From: a virus
Taxonomy: Duplodnaviria; Caudoviricetes
Direction: 5' to 3' (one strand)
DNA: 51,156 nt
IMG/VR virus record: IMGVR_UViG_3300032303_000302
Span: 1-51,156 of that record
The notes under the pieces: generated by a model
What the model saw: the letters and a program-made list of their open reading frames with translations, nothing else
The model's database searches: none
What the model was told of the DNA's origin: nothing
Translations under genes and position numbers: made by a program
Part shown: piece after piece, positions 32,542-41,574 of the stretch
How the letters are laid out: each line of letters starts with the position of its first letter
How positions within the stretch are numbered: position 1 is the first letter of the stretch

Positions 32542-34230
32542 TCAATAATACAATACAGAAATATTGAAATCGCTCATAGGATAGTTTGGATCCGGAACAT
32601 CTCCCATTCCAACAAAGCCAGGTCTGTTAGTAGGTATAAAGGAAGGCACTCTAGGTCTACCGGCCATATCTAAATTAGGCATATACGGTTCTTGCATTGC
32701 CGCAGTCTGAGCAATCTGAGCTTTTGTAATATCCGAACCAGGTGTGTTTGGATTTGATATTTGCATTCCGTTAATTTCTGGGGATGCCGCTGCAGAGGAG
32801 GTACCTGAACTAGCTGCCGACGCAACCGGTTTACTTTCTGATGTAGCATCTTGTCTAGTTTTACCTCCAGCATTATTATTTTCAGCAGGAGTACTGGTAC
32901 TAGAAGGTGCTCCAGTGTTAGTTGTTTGTGCAGGTGTTGGAGTTGGAGTCGGTGCTGACTTAGCACTCTTTGGTGCAGGTGCGGGTTGTGTTAGAGAAGG
33001 TTTACTTGGTACTCTAAATACATCTGATAATAAACTAGTGGCAGAGGTAGAAACTATGTCAGATATACCTTTAAGTCTAGGATCACTATCTGCCTTATCT
33101 GGTGTTGTATTATATACCTTAGCGTATAAGTCTCTGGATATAGCAGCCACTAGAGAAGGAATTGCTTTAAGAGGACCCTCCATACCTGAACTAGCGTTAA
33201 TACCAGCACCACTAATATCTCCACTAACAATATGCTCAGCAGCAACTGTAGGATTAACACCCGGTGTGAGTATATCAGTAGCGCTTAAATTATTTTTATT
33301 AATAGTTTTAGCAAGCATATCCCGTGCCATTTGAGTAATAGCATCGTTTTGTGTTGTCTGCTTTCTAGAACCTATTTTATCTCCTGATATGGTCTCGCCA
33401 ATTTCTTTACTTACAGTAGACTCAGGTACAGTATTATCTTTAGATTCAGTATTATTGACTGCCTTTTGTGCAGAGGCTAAAGCGTATGGAGCGGCAGCTG
33501 CAAGAGTACCCGCAGTTAATACACCTCCAACCTTTAATGCTGTTATAGCACCTTTGATGTATTTTCCATATCTGCTAGGTCTTTGTGGGCCGTTAGGACC
33601 TACAGCATCATTATTTTGATGGGGAAGATCTGTTATGCCAGATCCACCTTGACCGGATATTAATTGTTCAACTACATCAGTTAATTCTGTAAAGGCTTCT
33701 GTTAGACTTACAAGAGCATCGTTAGCTGGTTGAATTTCCATGCCCTGAAATTCATCAGTAGACATCTGTGAAGCATCTTTAGCTTCCAACGTGTTTTCTT
33801 TGAAGGTACGCTTTGCCTGTTGTATTTCAGCTACTAGAAGTTCCTGTTGTTTTTTAGTCAACAGACCCATACTGCGCACAACCTTTAAAATAGATTTTAA
33901 CTGTTGGTCGATGTCGGTTAAAGAAGGATCTTTAATTTTGTTTACAGTATCTGGTGTATCTAAAGAAGGTAGATCTGCATTTCCTCCAGATTGCGAACCT
34001 TCCTTTAAGGCTGCGCCAACTGCACCAAAATTGTCAGTAAATTTACCACCCAGGTCCATACCGAACCCAATGCTAAAAGAAGAGTCGAACTTACCTTTAA
34101 TGTTTCTGCGATAAAACTTACGAGCACGCACCATTGCTCTTTTACCTAAACGAGAGGTTCTCGTGGCAATAGATCTGCCTCCACGAAGTGCGGTACCTGC
34201 TAAACCTGCTAATTTACCATATATACCCAA
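32542..34230 (-). CDS. Probable tape-measure / baseplate hub protein
   Basis: 562 aa, helical and low-complexity S/T/A/P-rich; position downstream of gp26/gp51. Confidence 0.55.
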   Translation of the reverse strand: MGIYGKLAGLAGTALRGGRSIATRTSRLGKRAMVRARKFYRRNIKGKFDSSFSIGFGMDLGGKFTDNFGAVGAALKEGSQSGGNADLPSLDTPDTVNKIKDPSLTDIDQQLKSILKVVRSMGLLTKKQQELLVAEIQQAKRTFKENTLEAKDASQMSTDEFQGMEIQPANDALVSLTEAFTELTDVVEQLISGQGGSGITDLPHQNNDAVGPNGPQRPSRYGKYIKGAITALKVGGVLTAGTLAAAAPYALASAQKAVNNTESKDNTVPESTVSKEIGETISGDKIGSRKQTTQNDAITQMARDMLAKTINKNNLSATDILTPGVNPTVAAEHIVSGDISGAGINASSGMEGPLKAIPSLVAAISRDLYAKVYNTTPDKADSDPRLKGISDIVSTSATSLLSDVFRVPSKPSLTQPAPAPKSAKSAPTPTPTPAQTTNTGAPSSTSTPAENNNAGGKTRQDATSESKPVASAASSGTSSAAASPEINGMQISNPNTPGSDITKAQIAQTAAMQEPYMPNLDMAGRPRVPSFIPTNRPGFVGMGDVPDPNYPMSDFNISVLYY

Positions 34231-34236
34231 CGAGTA

Positions 34237-34422
34237 TTACCTTTTCTCTAACGCTTCTTTTTCTTTTTCTAAAAATGCCATTAACATTTCCACATATATT
34301 TCACGTTCAAAAGGCATCAAGTTTTCAATTTCAGATATAGAATATTTGTGATGCTGAGCTAACGAAAATACTGTCTGGTAGTAATTCGCTAATGTATTAT
34401 AACTCAGCCCCAGGTAAAAAAA
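34237..34422 (-). CDS. gp51: gp51-like baseplate hub assembly frame (no own start codon; probably read by -1 frameshift from gp26)
   Basis: L.NYY.T.F.L.QHHKYS.SEIENLMPFEREIY..ML motif; frame opens at a T7 run right after an in-frame TGA. Confidence 0.75.
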   Translation of the reverse strand, partial: FFYLGLSYNTLANYYQTVFSLAQHHKYSISEIENLMPFEREIYVEMLMAFLEKEKEALEKR

Positions 34423-35114
34423 TCACTGAGCGTAGTTAGCTCAATTACTCGGTTATTACCTAGTGAATTAGTATATTCGATCTTGTAGTACATCTTTGGA
34501 ATACTACTAAAGAAATCTCGAATCTTATTGAATGTATTGATATCTAGACTGTCAAGAAATTCATTGACTTCTTCAACTGTCTGTTCTTCAATTGGATATA
34601 CTGTTTCTACATCAAACACAGACTCAATACATGAACGTACTAGATACTCTACAAGATCAGTAGGAGTTGCGTTTTCAGGTGCTTTATTAAGAATGCTTAC
34701 AGAAGGATACTTCATCTTAATACCTAAGGCATCGTTAATTTCAATAATATTAGAAACCTTGTTATCCTGAAGCATTTCTACTTCTTCAAGATCAATGCTA
34801 AAGTCATACACCTTATCATCTTCGATATCCCGATAAGAAACATCGATAACGTTATTAACAGAACGTGCTCTTAATTTAAGAAACAAGTATTCTAGATCAA
34901 ATGTTGCTAGTGTATCAACATCGAATTTATCATCTTGAATACAATTCTGTAGTACTTGCTTAATAGCCAGTACAATGTCTTTCTCAGAACCGGATTGCTG
35001 TGCAATAAGAAGAATCTTTTCTTCTCTAACAACAAAGGGTCTAAACTTATATGACTTTCCTGTTGAAGGAACTGTCAAATCAAATAGTGGTTTGTCTATT
35101 TTAGGTAATGTCAT
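34404..35114 (-). CDS. gp26: Baseplate hub assembly protein gp26
   Basis: LPKI..P, FRPF.V.EEKILL, FDLEYLFL.LRA.SV, MKYP, C-terminal L.DFF. Confidence 0.9.
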   Translation of the reverse strand: MTLPKIDKPLFDLTVPSTGKSYKFRPFVVREEKILLIAQQSGSEKDIVLAIKQVLQNCIQDDKFDVDTLATFDLEYLFLKLRARSVNNVIDVSYRDIEDDKVYDFSIDLEEVEMLQDNKVSNIIEINDALGIKMKYPSVSILNKAPENATPTDLVEYLVRSCIESVFDVETVYPIEEQTVEEVNEFLDSLDINTFNKIRDFFSSIPKMYYKIEYTNSLGNNRVIELTTLSDFFTWG

Positions 35115-35200
35115 TATTAATACATCCTTTAGTATATTGCTGGAAGGTTAGTTCCTGGAATTCTTGGTTCGTTGTCGATTATTCCGCCGGGAGAAGCAAT

Positions 35201-35809
35201 TCAGCTTATAGGTTTAGTTTTCACATCTCCCGTATATGTTATTTTAAAATCTGTGTAATTAAACTGAATAGGTAATCTGATAATTTCTGATTCGGATCCC
35301 CAGTTTAAATCTATAGATGGTAGAAATTTAGGATAGGCTCTAAACATTGTTACTGATAAAACTTTTTTGCCAGATTCTGGATCTTGCGTTGTGTCGTATA
35401 CGTCTATAGTTATATCCGCATTGTAATAGTCCTTATAACCTACTTCATAAGATTGCTTGGTCTGACCCAAGGATTCAAAGCCTACAATACTATTAACCCA
35501 CTTATAAAAGAATTCGTATACTTTGCCTTCTGCGTCTAGAATGAATACTAGATTAACATCGTCAAACGTAACACCATATGGAACACCTTCCATTGGTCCA
35601 TAACCTAGTCTAATACCTACATTATCTGCTGTAGCAAATGCCATGCCAGGCAACTGTGCTTGTTCACAACGTATAGTTATTTGATCCGCCTTTGCAAGCC
35701 CCGGATCATTTTTTAAATATTTAGGTATAGTGATAGAAGCTAAGAATCTATTAGATCTCATAACTCCCTTAGTAGAAATCTCTGAGTTAAACTTCTCAAT
35801 ATTAAACAT
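35201..35809 (-). CDS. Baseplate-tail tube junction / tube-like protein (gp54-like)
   Basis: R.NRF, C..A.LPG, F..W...I, Y...Y...I.I, AYP; synteny between gp2 and gp26. Confidence 0.7.
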   Translation of the reverse strand: MFNIEKFNSEISTKGVMRSNRFLASITIPKYLKNDPGLAKADQITIRCEQAQLPGMAFATADNVGIRLGYGPMEGVPYGVTFDDVNLVFILDAEGKVYEFFYKWVNSIVGFESLGQTKQSYEVGYKDYYNADITIDVYDTTQDPESGKKVLSVTMFRAYPKFLPSIDLNWGSESEIIRLPIQFNYTDFKITYTGDVKTKPIS

Positions 35810-35811
35810 GT

Positions 35812-36402
35812 TTAACCTATAACCTTTTTGCTGTTAGCCCATACCTGAGTCTTAGATGCCTTAGTAAATCGTTCAGTAGGCAGAAATAAAGCTATATCCC
35901 ATTCTGATGGATAAACATAATAGAATTGTGTTTGTACGTGATTTATAAGATACTGTTTAACACAAGGTTTAAAATATTCAAACTGTGAAGCACCGTTTAA
36001 AGCATCATAACTTAATTTTAATTTAGTAGATTCATCATATCTAGTATTGTTTTTTAAATCATATAATGCGTCCATTAGTATAGCACGATATGTTAGAGGC
36101 AGGTAGTGTAAGTTAATACCCCAGAATCTACCACGCTCTACTTTAAAGGGAAATATTAAAGGAAATCTATCATAGAATGGCAGAGTATCTTTATGCTTAG
36201 GATCGTACACATACATGTACATATTACCAGGCTTTAATGTATTAGTTAATCTCTGAGTATCATCTTTCATTAACTTCTGTTCACTAACACTACCATAACT
36301 AGAAGCAGCATCTCTATACCATTTACGTGCGCTATCTGTACGTGAAGGAATCTGCCCTGCACGAACACCTTTTGTTAGAATAGTATCAAATACACCAGCC
36401 AT
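35812..36402 (-). CDS. gp2: DNA end protector gp2
   Basis: YDPKHK.TLP.YD.FPL, G.NLHYL, PC.K.YL..HV, LP.E.F. Confidence 0.92.
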   Translation of the reverse strand: MAGVFDTILTKGVRAGQIPSRTDSARKWYRDAASSYGSVSEQKLMKDDTQRLTNTLKPGNMYMYVYDPKHKDTLPFYDRFPLIFPFKVERGRFWGINLHYLPLTYRAILMDALYDLKNNTRYDESTKLKLSYDALNGASQFEYFKPCVKQYLINHVQTQFYYVYPSEWDIALFLPTERFTKASKTQVWANSKKVIG

Positions 36403-36418
36403 TAAACAATAAATTCCT

Positions 36419-36859
36419 TTAAAAAGTAAGTCCGAGATCTTTTTCAGTTATGATCTGAAACTTCCAACCTCTATCTTCACAATACGCTTCTGCGTTTTTC
36501 CATTTGGCAGAATTAATACCCCATGTCTGCACTTCTGTTATATAACGCCTATTAGGTTTATTTTGTACTGTAGGCGGCTTAGTTTGTGCAAACGGTTTAA
36601 CTTCAATTATTACATTTTCAATAGTACCGTCTGGATTTCTTTTCTTCATATAAAAATCAGGAAAGTATCTATGTCGTCTGTTATCTATTGGACTTATGTA
36701 AGGTATAATAATTTCTTCTGAGGACCATTCGAGTATATCAGGATGTGAATCGAACTTCTGCATAACCATTAGTTCCCACCTACTACGATAAATAATCTTA
36801 GTTGGATCTCCTCTATACTTCTGAGGATTCTTTGGTTTGAATGTTCCTTTATATGCCAT
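36419..36859 (-). CDS. gp4: Head completion nuclease gp4
   Basis: YKG.FKP.NP.KY.GD...I.YRS.WE, WSSEE, HRYFPDF, IEVKP, N.AKW. Confidence 0.93.
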   Translation of the reverse strand: MAYKGTFKPKNPQKYRGDPTKIIYRSRWELMVMQKFDSHPDILEWSSEEIIIPYISPIDNRRHRYFPDFYMKKRNPDGTIENVIIEVKPFAQTKPPTVQNKPNRRYITEVQTWGINSAKWKNAEAYCEDRGWKFQIITEKDLGLTF

Positions 36860-36875
36860 ATTTCTCTGAGTTTGT

Positions 36876-36930
36876 TATAAATATAATAGTAAGAATTCTG
36901 CGTTAGAATACGAGTATAAATATATTTATA
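36876..36930. promoter_or_regulatory. Divergent late promoter region
   Basis: TATAAATA at 36876 and 36915 (+) and 36923-36930 (-); palindrome TATAAATATATTTATA. Confidence 0.75.
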
Positions 36931-36948
36931 CCACCTAAGGACACGTAA

Positions 36949-37347
36949 ATGGCATCTAATAACCCTGCTGATTATGTCAAAAGTACTAATCAATCTCCCA
37001 TCGATAGATTAGTTACGTCAGCTATTTCTAACTCTGTATCTGGAAGTTCTTCCAACGCAAAACAGGTAGCACAACCTGTTGCAGAGAACTATTTAAACAT
37101 AGGTCTTTCATATAGTAGTGTAGAGGCTTTTGCAGCATTACAAACTGATAAACTATTATCAGGTGCTTCCGATGCATACTATGCGTTCGCGGGTAAATCT
37201 ACTTCTAGAACAGGTGCTTCTGATATAGCTCATCTACGTAGAAATAGACTATCCACTACACAAGAATATCTATCTAAAATCAACCCATCCACTAAGATTG
37301 CAGGAAATCGTAATAGTGGTGAAGTTGAAATTCTAACGGTGGTATAA
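36949..37347 (+). CDS. Hypothetical late protein
   Basis: 132 aa after AAGGA and late promoter. Confidence 0.65.
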   Translation: MASNNPADYVKSTNQSPIDRLVTSAISNSVSGSSSNAKQVAQPVAENYLNIGLSYSSVEAFAALQTDKLLSGASDAYYAFAGKSTSRTGASDIAHLRRNRLSTTQEYLSKINPSTKIAGNRNSGEVEILTVV

Positions 37348-37348
37348 C

Positions 37349-38350
37349 ATGGCTGAAAATGCACTTCCTCAACCAGCCGATGATCAAAAAGCTAGTAATA
37401 ACGCACCTCCGGCTCCAGAAAGTATTAACGGTTCTCTGTTAGGTAAATACTACTCCAGATTATCTATCGGACAATATAAGAGGCCTAGTCCGTTTACAGT
37501 AAGCGAATACAACGTTGTTACTATTATTAATTTACCCCTACCTACAGAACTTTCAGACTCGACGACAGTAGGTTATGCAGGATCGGATTTCGAATCTGTT
37601 GGGGATCTTGCTAACCTAGACTTAGGCGGCGCCGCAGAATCGTTTGCTTTACGTAACGGTACCTCACTTGCTGGTAATATCGCTGGAAAAATACTTGAGA
37701 ACAACCCTGTGGGTAAAGCAATTACAGGTGCTATAGACATGGCAGGAAGCAGTAAAATTATACCTTCAGCATTACAACAAGCTTCTGGTATTGCTCCTAA
37801 CCCAAATCCGACTGTAGTATTTCAAGGCTCTTCACTTAGAGATTTCTCACTAACGTGGATGTTTTCACCTAAGGATCCAAAAGAAAGTGCTAACCTACAA
37901 AGGGTTATTAAGTTACTTAAAGCCGCTGCGCTCCCGGAAAATACATTTTCAAATTCTGGCGCTATTCTAAACTATCCTAGAATAGTTCAGCTCAATTTCT
38001 TTCCATGGGATATGCAAAAAATTTCTTCGGACATAAACAACCAATGGGGATGGACAGAAGAAAGTATTATTAAAATTAAAAAATGCATGATGCAATCAGT
38101 TAATGTTAACTATGCTCCGAGTAATGTACCCGCATTTTTTAAAGAAGATGCGGAAACTAAAACTAAGTATCGTCCTGTAGCTGTTTCTATATCTATTAAT
38201 TTTAAAGAAATCGAATACATGTTGTCTGGAGATTGGGAAGGCAAATTTGCAGATACGACACTACTTGGAACAGTTGCTGAAGAAGTTACGAGTGCAGTTA
38301 CTAATACCATTGTAGACACGGCGAAGTTATTGGCCAAGTACCTGTTGTAA
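37349..38350 (+). CDS. gp48: Baseplate tail tube cap gp48
   Basis: I.LPLP, NP...V.F.G...R.F...W.F.PK...E, V.VNYAP, I.F.EIE. Confidence 0.82.
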   Translation: MAENALPQPADDQKASNNAPPAPESINGSLLGKYYSRLSIGQYKRPSPFTVSEYNVVTIINLPLPTELSDSTTVGYAGSDFESVGDLANLDLGGAAESFALRNGTSLAGNIAGKILENNPVGKAITGAIDMAGSSKIIPSALQQASGIAPNPNPTVVFQGSSLRDFSLTWMFSPKDPKESANLQRVIKLLKAAALPENTFSNSGAILNYPRIVQLNFFPWDMQKISSDINNQWGWTEESIIKIKKCMMQSVNVNYAPSNVPAFFKEDAETKTKYRPVAVSISINFKEIEYMLSGDWEGKFADTTLLGTVAEEVTSAVTNTIVDTAKLLAKYLL

Positions 38351-38404
38351 TCGGTCAAAAATAGCATCCGTCTAAACATTTTCATATAAGTAAGAAACGA
38401 GAAC

Positions 38405-39250
38405 ATGAACTATTTTAACAAGATACCAACTATAACATATAATGGTGTTCCTGCTAAGAATCTGCTTGCCAGAGCAAAGTTCTCTGATAGAGTCAAACGC
38501 GAACGTACACTATTCTTGCCATATACTATGAAAGAAACGGATAGACCAGATCTATTATCATATGACTATTATGATGATTCTGGTTATGAATGGCTAGTGC
38601 ATTTTTCTAATAATGTTATAGATCCTTATTATGATATGGCTATAACAGAAGACGATCTATATGGACATATATTATCTAAATATGGATCTATTGAAAAGGC
38701 TGCTAGAGGTGTTGCCTTTTATCGTAATAACTGGTCAGACTATGCTGAAGAGAGATTGTCTCCGTCACAATATGAAACTCTACCTGGTAACTATAAAAAA
38801 TATTATGTTCCTGTTTTAAATAACGATTATGCCGTACACTCTTATAGACGCAAACAATTTGATGATACTAGATCAACTAATAGAATCGTAACTATGTCTA
38901 TTACTAATATTACAGGTACTTTCATTTTAGGCGAAGAGATTCAAGTTAACGGTACTAATTATGGTTTCTGTACAAATAATGGAACTACTCAAATAAGTGT
39001 ACAGCATGTAACTGGTTCCTTTGCTATAGGCAATATTATTACTGGTGTCGATTCTGGTGTTACAGCAACAGTATATGCAGTTGCAGCTCCTGTTTATAAT
39101 ATACCCTTAGACGAAACAATGTTCTGGACCGGTGTATCTTTCTTTGATTACGAACAAGAGCTAAACGAAATTAAGAAAGAGATTTCGTTAATCGATGCAT
39201 CGTATAAGAAACAAGTTGAGTCAGAAATAAAGAGGCTAATGAATACATAA
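38405..39250 (+). CDS. gp53: Baseplate wedge protein gp53
   Basis: YF..IP.I.Y, RPD.LS..YY.D...WLV...N..IDP, YE..LNE.K..I. Confidence 0.85.
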   Translation: MNYFNKIPTITYNGVPAKNLLARAKFSDRVKRERTLFLPYTMKETDRPDLLSYDYYDDSGYEWLVHFSNNVIDPYYDMAITEDDLYGHILSKYGSIEKAARGVAFYRNNWSDYAEERLSPSQYETLPGNYKKYYVPVLNNDYAVHSYRRKQFDDTRSTNRIVTMSITNITGTFILGEEIQVNGTNYGFCTNNGTTQISVQHVTGSFAIGNIITGVDSGVTATVYAVAAPVYNIPLDETMFWTGVSFFDYEQELNEIKKEISLIDASYKKQVESEIKRLMNT

Positions 39251-40644
39251 TGTCTTTTAATCTTAAAAGTTTCTTACGTGGAGTAGGTCAAGATATTCTA
39301 GCTAATGTAGAGAAGAACATCTACAAACGTGTCGATGAGAGTATGCAGTCTAATAAAGGCGGCGATATACGTGACAATATCCCTGGGGATATCAATATAC
39401 AAGAAATCGTATTACATAGCACAACTGGCGACAAGACATATAACTTAATTAACCAGGCAAAACGAATAGACATATACGAGTCTATGTTTTCTCCTATTAT
39501 ATTTGCAGATTTTCTCATTGCCGACGCATCTAACATGCGTGCTAACTTTGGCTTAAAGGGTGAAGAGTTTATCACTATTAAATATAACACACCTGGTGCT
39601 GTAGGTAAAGAGTGTTTCTATTATTTACGTGTGAATGAGCTAGCAGATGAAATGCCTGTAGGCGCTACTAATAAAGTAGTAACATATACACTTAGGTGTT
39701 CTTCAGCAGAATATCTTAATAACTTCCCTATTCAAGCTATACCGGTTAGAGATAGGAATTATAGCGATGTTGTCCGTGAAATATTAGAGAAGTACATACA
39801 CACACCTAAGACTATTACAATCGAGCCTACGGTTGGATTAGATACACAGATAGATCTGATCTCTATGGAGCGTCCTTTTGTTGCTATAGATCATCTTAAA
39901 CACTATTCTTTTTCTGGCGTCTATAAAACACACTCATACACATTCTTTGAAAACAAGAATGGATTTAATTTTGTTACAATAGAAAAATTAATGGATGATG
40001 GTGCTAAAACAATAGATCAAAATCTATCAGACAAAGAGTTCTTTACTGATACTATACGTAAAGAAGATATTAGAGACGTTAATGTTCGTAACATTATCGC
40101 ATATAATAAATTAGTTAACGGTGGCACGGTTAATCAAACACTAGCTGGCGGTCTTAACAATGTGGGTGTTAATTATGATTGGTCTAAAGGCTCTTTAGAC
40201 GAAGTAACGACTACACACGGCAATCTATTAAATAATGTAAAACTAGCAGAGAATCCAGTAGGTTCTACTGTATCGCCTAGTTTTCAAAATAGTTATGGAG
40301 CATCACCTGGCACAATTATGTCAGTCATTCCTACTATGGATAGTAAAAATCCATATTCTATTGCTCAGAAAATTGGTATTTTAAAACAGTATATAGAAGT
40401 GTTAGCTAAACATATTGTACAAATATATGTATATGGGGATTCGGATATTACTGTAGGCGATATGATTAAGTGTAATTTTGCAGATGTAACTTCGTTCGAC
40501 AATACTTCAGGTCTCGATAGAATAGACACAGGAAAGTATCTAGTATCTAAAGTTAGACATTGCATTTTAAATCAGGATCGTCCGCAGTATAATATGTCGC
40601 TTGAACTTATTAGAGGCTCGACACCTTCAGGAGAAATATGGTAA
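39250..40644 (+). CDS. Baseplate hub protein (gp27-like)
   Basis: IYES.F...I, G.E, FFEN..GFNF...E.L, GD....VG..I, G.YLV..VRH; between gp53 and gp5. Confidence 0.7.
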   Translation: MSFNLKSFLRGVGQDILANVEKNIYKRVDESMQSNKGGDIRDNIPGDINIQEIVLHSTTGDKTYNLINQAKRIDIYESMFSPIIFADFLIADASNMRANFGLKGEEFITIKYNTPGAVGKECFYYLRVNELADEMPVGATNKVVTYTLRCSSAEYLNNFPIQAIPVRDRNYSDVVREILEKYIHTPKTITIEPTVGLDTQIDLISMERPFVAIDHLKHYSFSGVYKTHSYTFFENKNGFNFVTIEKLMDDGAKTIDQNLSDKEFFTDTIRKEDIRDVNVRNIIAYNKLVNGGTVNQTLAGGLNNVGVNYDWSKGSLDEVTTTHGNLLNNVKLAENPVGSTVSPSFQNSYGASPGTIMSVIPTMDSKNPYSIAQKIGILKQYIEVLAKHIVQIYVYGDSDITVGDMIKCNFADVTSFDNTSGLDRIDTGKYLVSKVRHCILNQDRPQYNMSLELIRGSTPSGEIW

Positions 40645-41570
40645 TGGGTATAGCTCAACAAATGGGACGTGAAGGTTTTCACTGGTTCGTTGGTATTGTT
40701 AAAAAGATTGACGGCGATCCAAAGAAACTCGGTAGAGTTAAAATACAAATTATCGGGCAACATCTTAATGATGTTGATCCAGATATTTTACCATGGGCTT
40801 CATTTATGATGCCTACTACTAGTGCTTCTTTGGGTGGTGTAGGCGATACTCCTAGTGTCTCTATTAATACTCATGTTGTAGGTTTCTGGGTGGATGGATA
40901 CAATAAACAGCAGCCAGTTATTTTTGGTACACACTTATTTAATCCAGACGATGACGATGGATCTTCTAAGCACTCTCTTTCACTGCTAGCTCGTGGTGAA
41001 AATATTATTAAAAAAGAAAAGATAGGATCCGTAGAACCAGATTCTCCTTACCAGGCAGAGTACCCACACAATCGTGTTATTACTACTAAGTCGGGTCACG
41101 TAATTGAACTAGACGACACTGAAGGAGCCGAACGCATACACATCTATCATAGAAAAGGTGCGTATATTGAAATTGACAAAGACGGCAAATTAGTTGTTAA
41201 GACACCTACGGATAGTTTTGATATTACTGGCGGTATAAAGACTATCTCTGTTACTGGAGATTGTAGATTAGAAGTAGGCGGCAATTTAAACGCTACTGTT
41301 AATAAAGGTGTGCAGATTGCGGCAGAGGAAGATATTGTTTTGGCTACACGCGGTGCTATTGAACTAATGGGTAAAAAGGGTATTAGGCAATCTTCAGCAG
41401 GAAGTATTACAGCTACTAGCAAGACTGGTTTCTCTGTTACGTCTGGTAGTTTCTCTACAGCGGGTAAAGCAACTATAGGCAATGCTGCAAAAGGTACTGG
41501 ACGTTTTATTTCTAACGGCAATACGCTAGTATTTGAAGATGGTATTTGTGTAGATATTATAAAGGCGTAA
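40638..41570 (+). CDS. gp5: Baseplate central spike gp5 (OB fold + beta-helix, no lysozyme domain)
   Basis: WF.G.V....DP..LGRV, LPWA, V.GF..DG...QQP, YP.N.V..T.SGH..E.DDT.G.ERI. Confidence 0.88.
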   Translation: MVMGIAQQMGREGFHWFVGIVKKIDGDPKKLGRVKIQIIGQHLNDVDPDILPWASFMMPTTSASLGGVGDTPSVSINTHVVGFWVDGYNKQQPVIFGTHLFNPDDDDGSSKHSLSLLARGENIIKKEKIGSVEPDSPYQAEYPHNRVITTKSGHVIELDDTEGAERIHIYHRKGAYIEIDKDGKLVVKTPTDSFDITGGIKTISVTGDCRLEVGGNLNATVNKGVQIAAEEDIVLATRGAIELMGKKGIRQSSAGSITATSKTGFSVTSGSFSTAGKATIGNAAKGTGRFISNGNTLVFEDGICVDIIKA

Positions 41571-41574
41571 AGAG

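Noticed and set aside
32880-33000. Short repeats encoding PAPAP/PTPTP
   Set aside because: Low-complexity protein linker, not a DNA repeat array
32744-34114. Long antisense ORFs (e.g. 32744-33334, 33791-34114, 21315-21836, 41147-41521)
   Set aside because: Shadows of real genes on the opposite strand; no RBS or motifs
38320-38400. Alternative-frame tail after gp48 (EVIGQVPVVIGQK)
   Set aside because: Too short, with no slippery site; cannot be distinguished from chance
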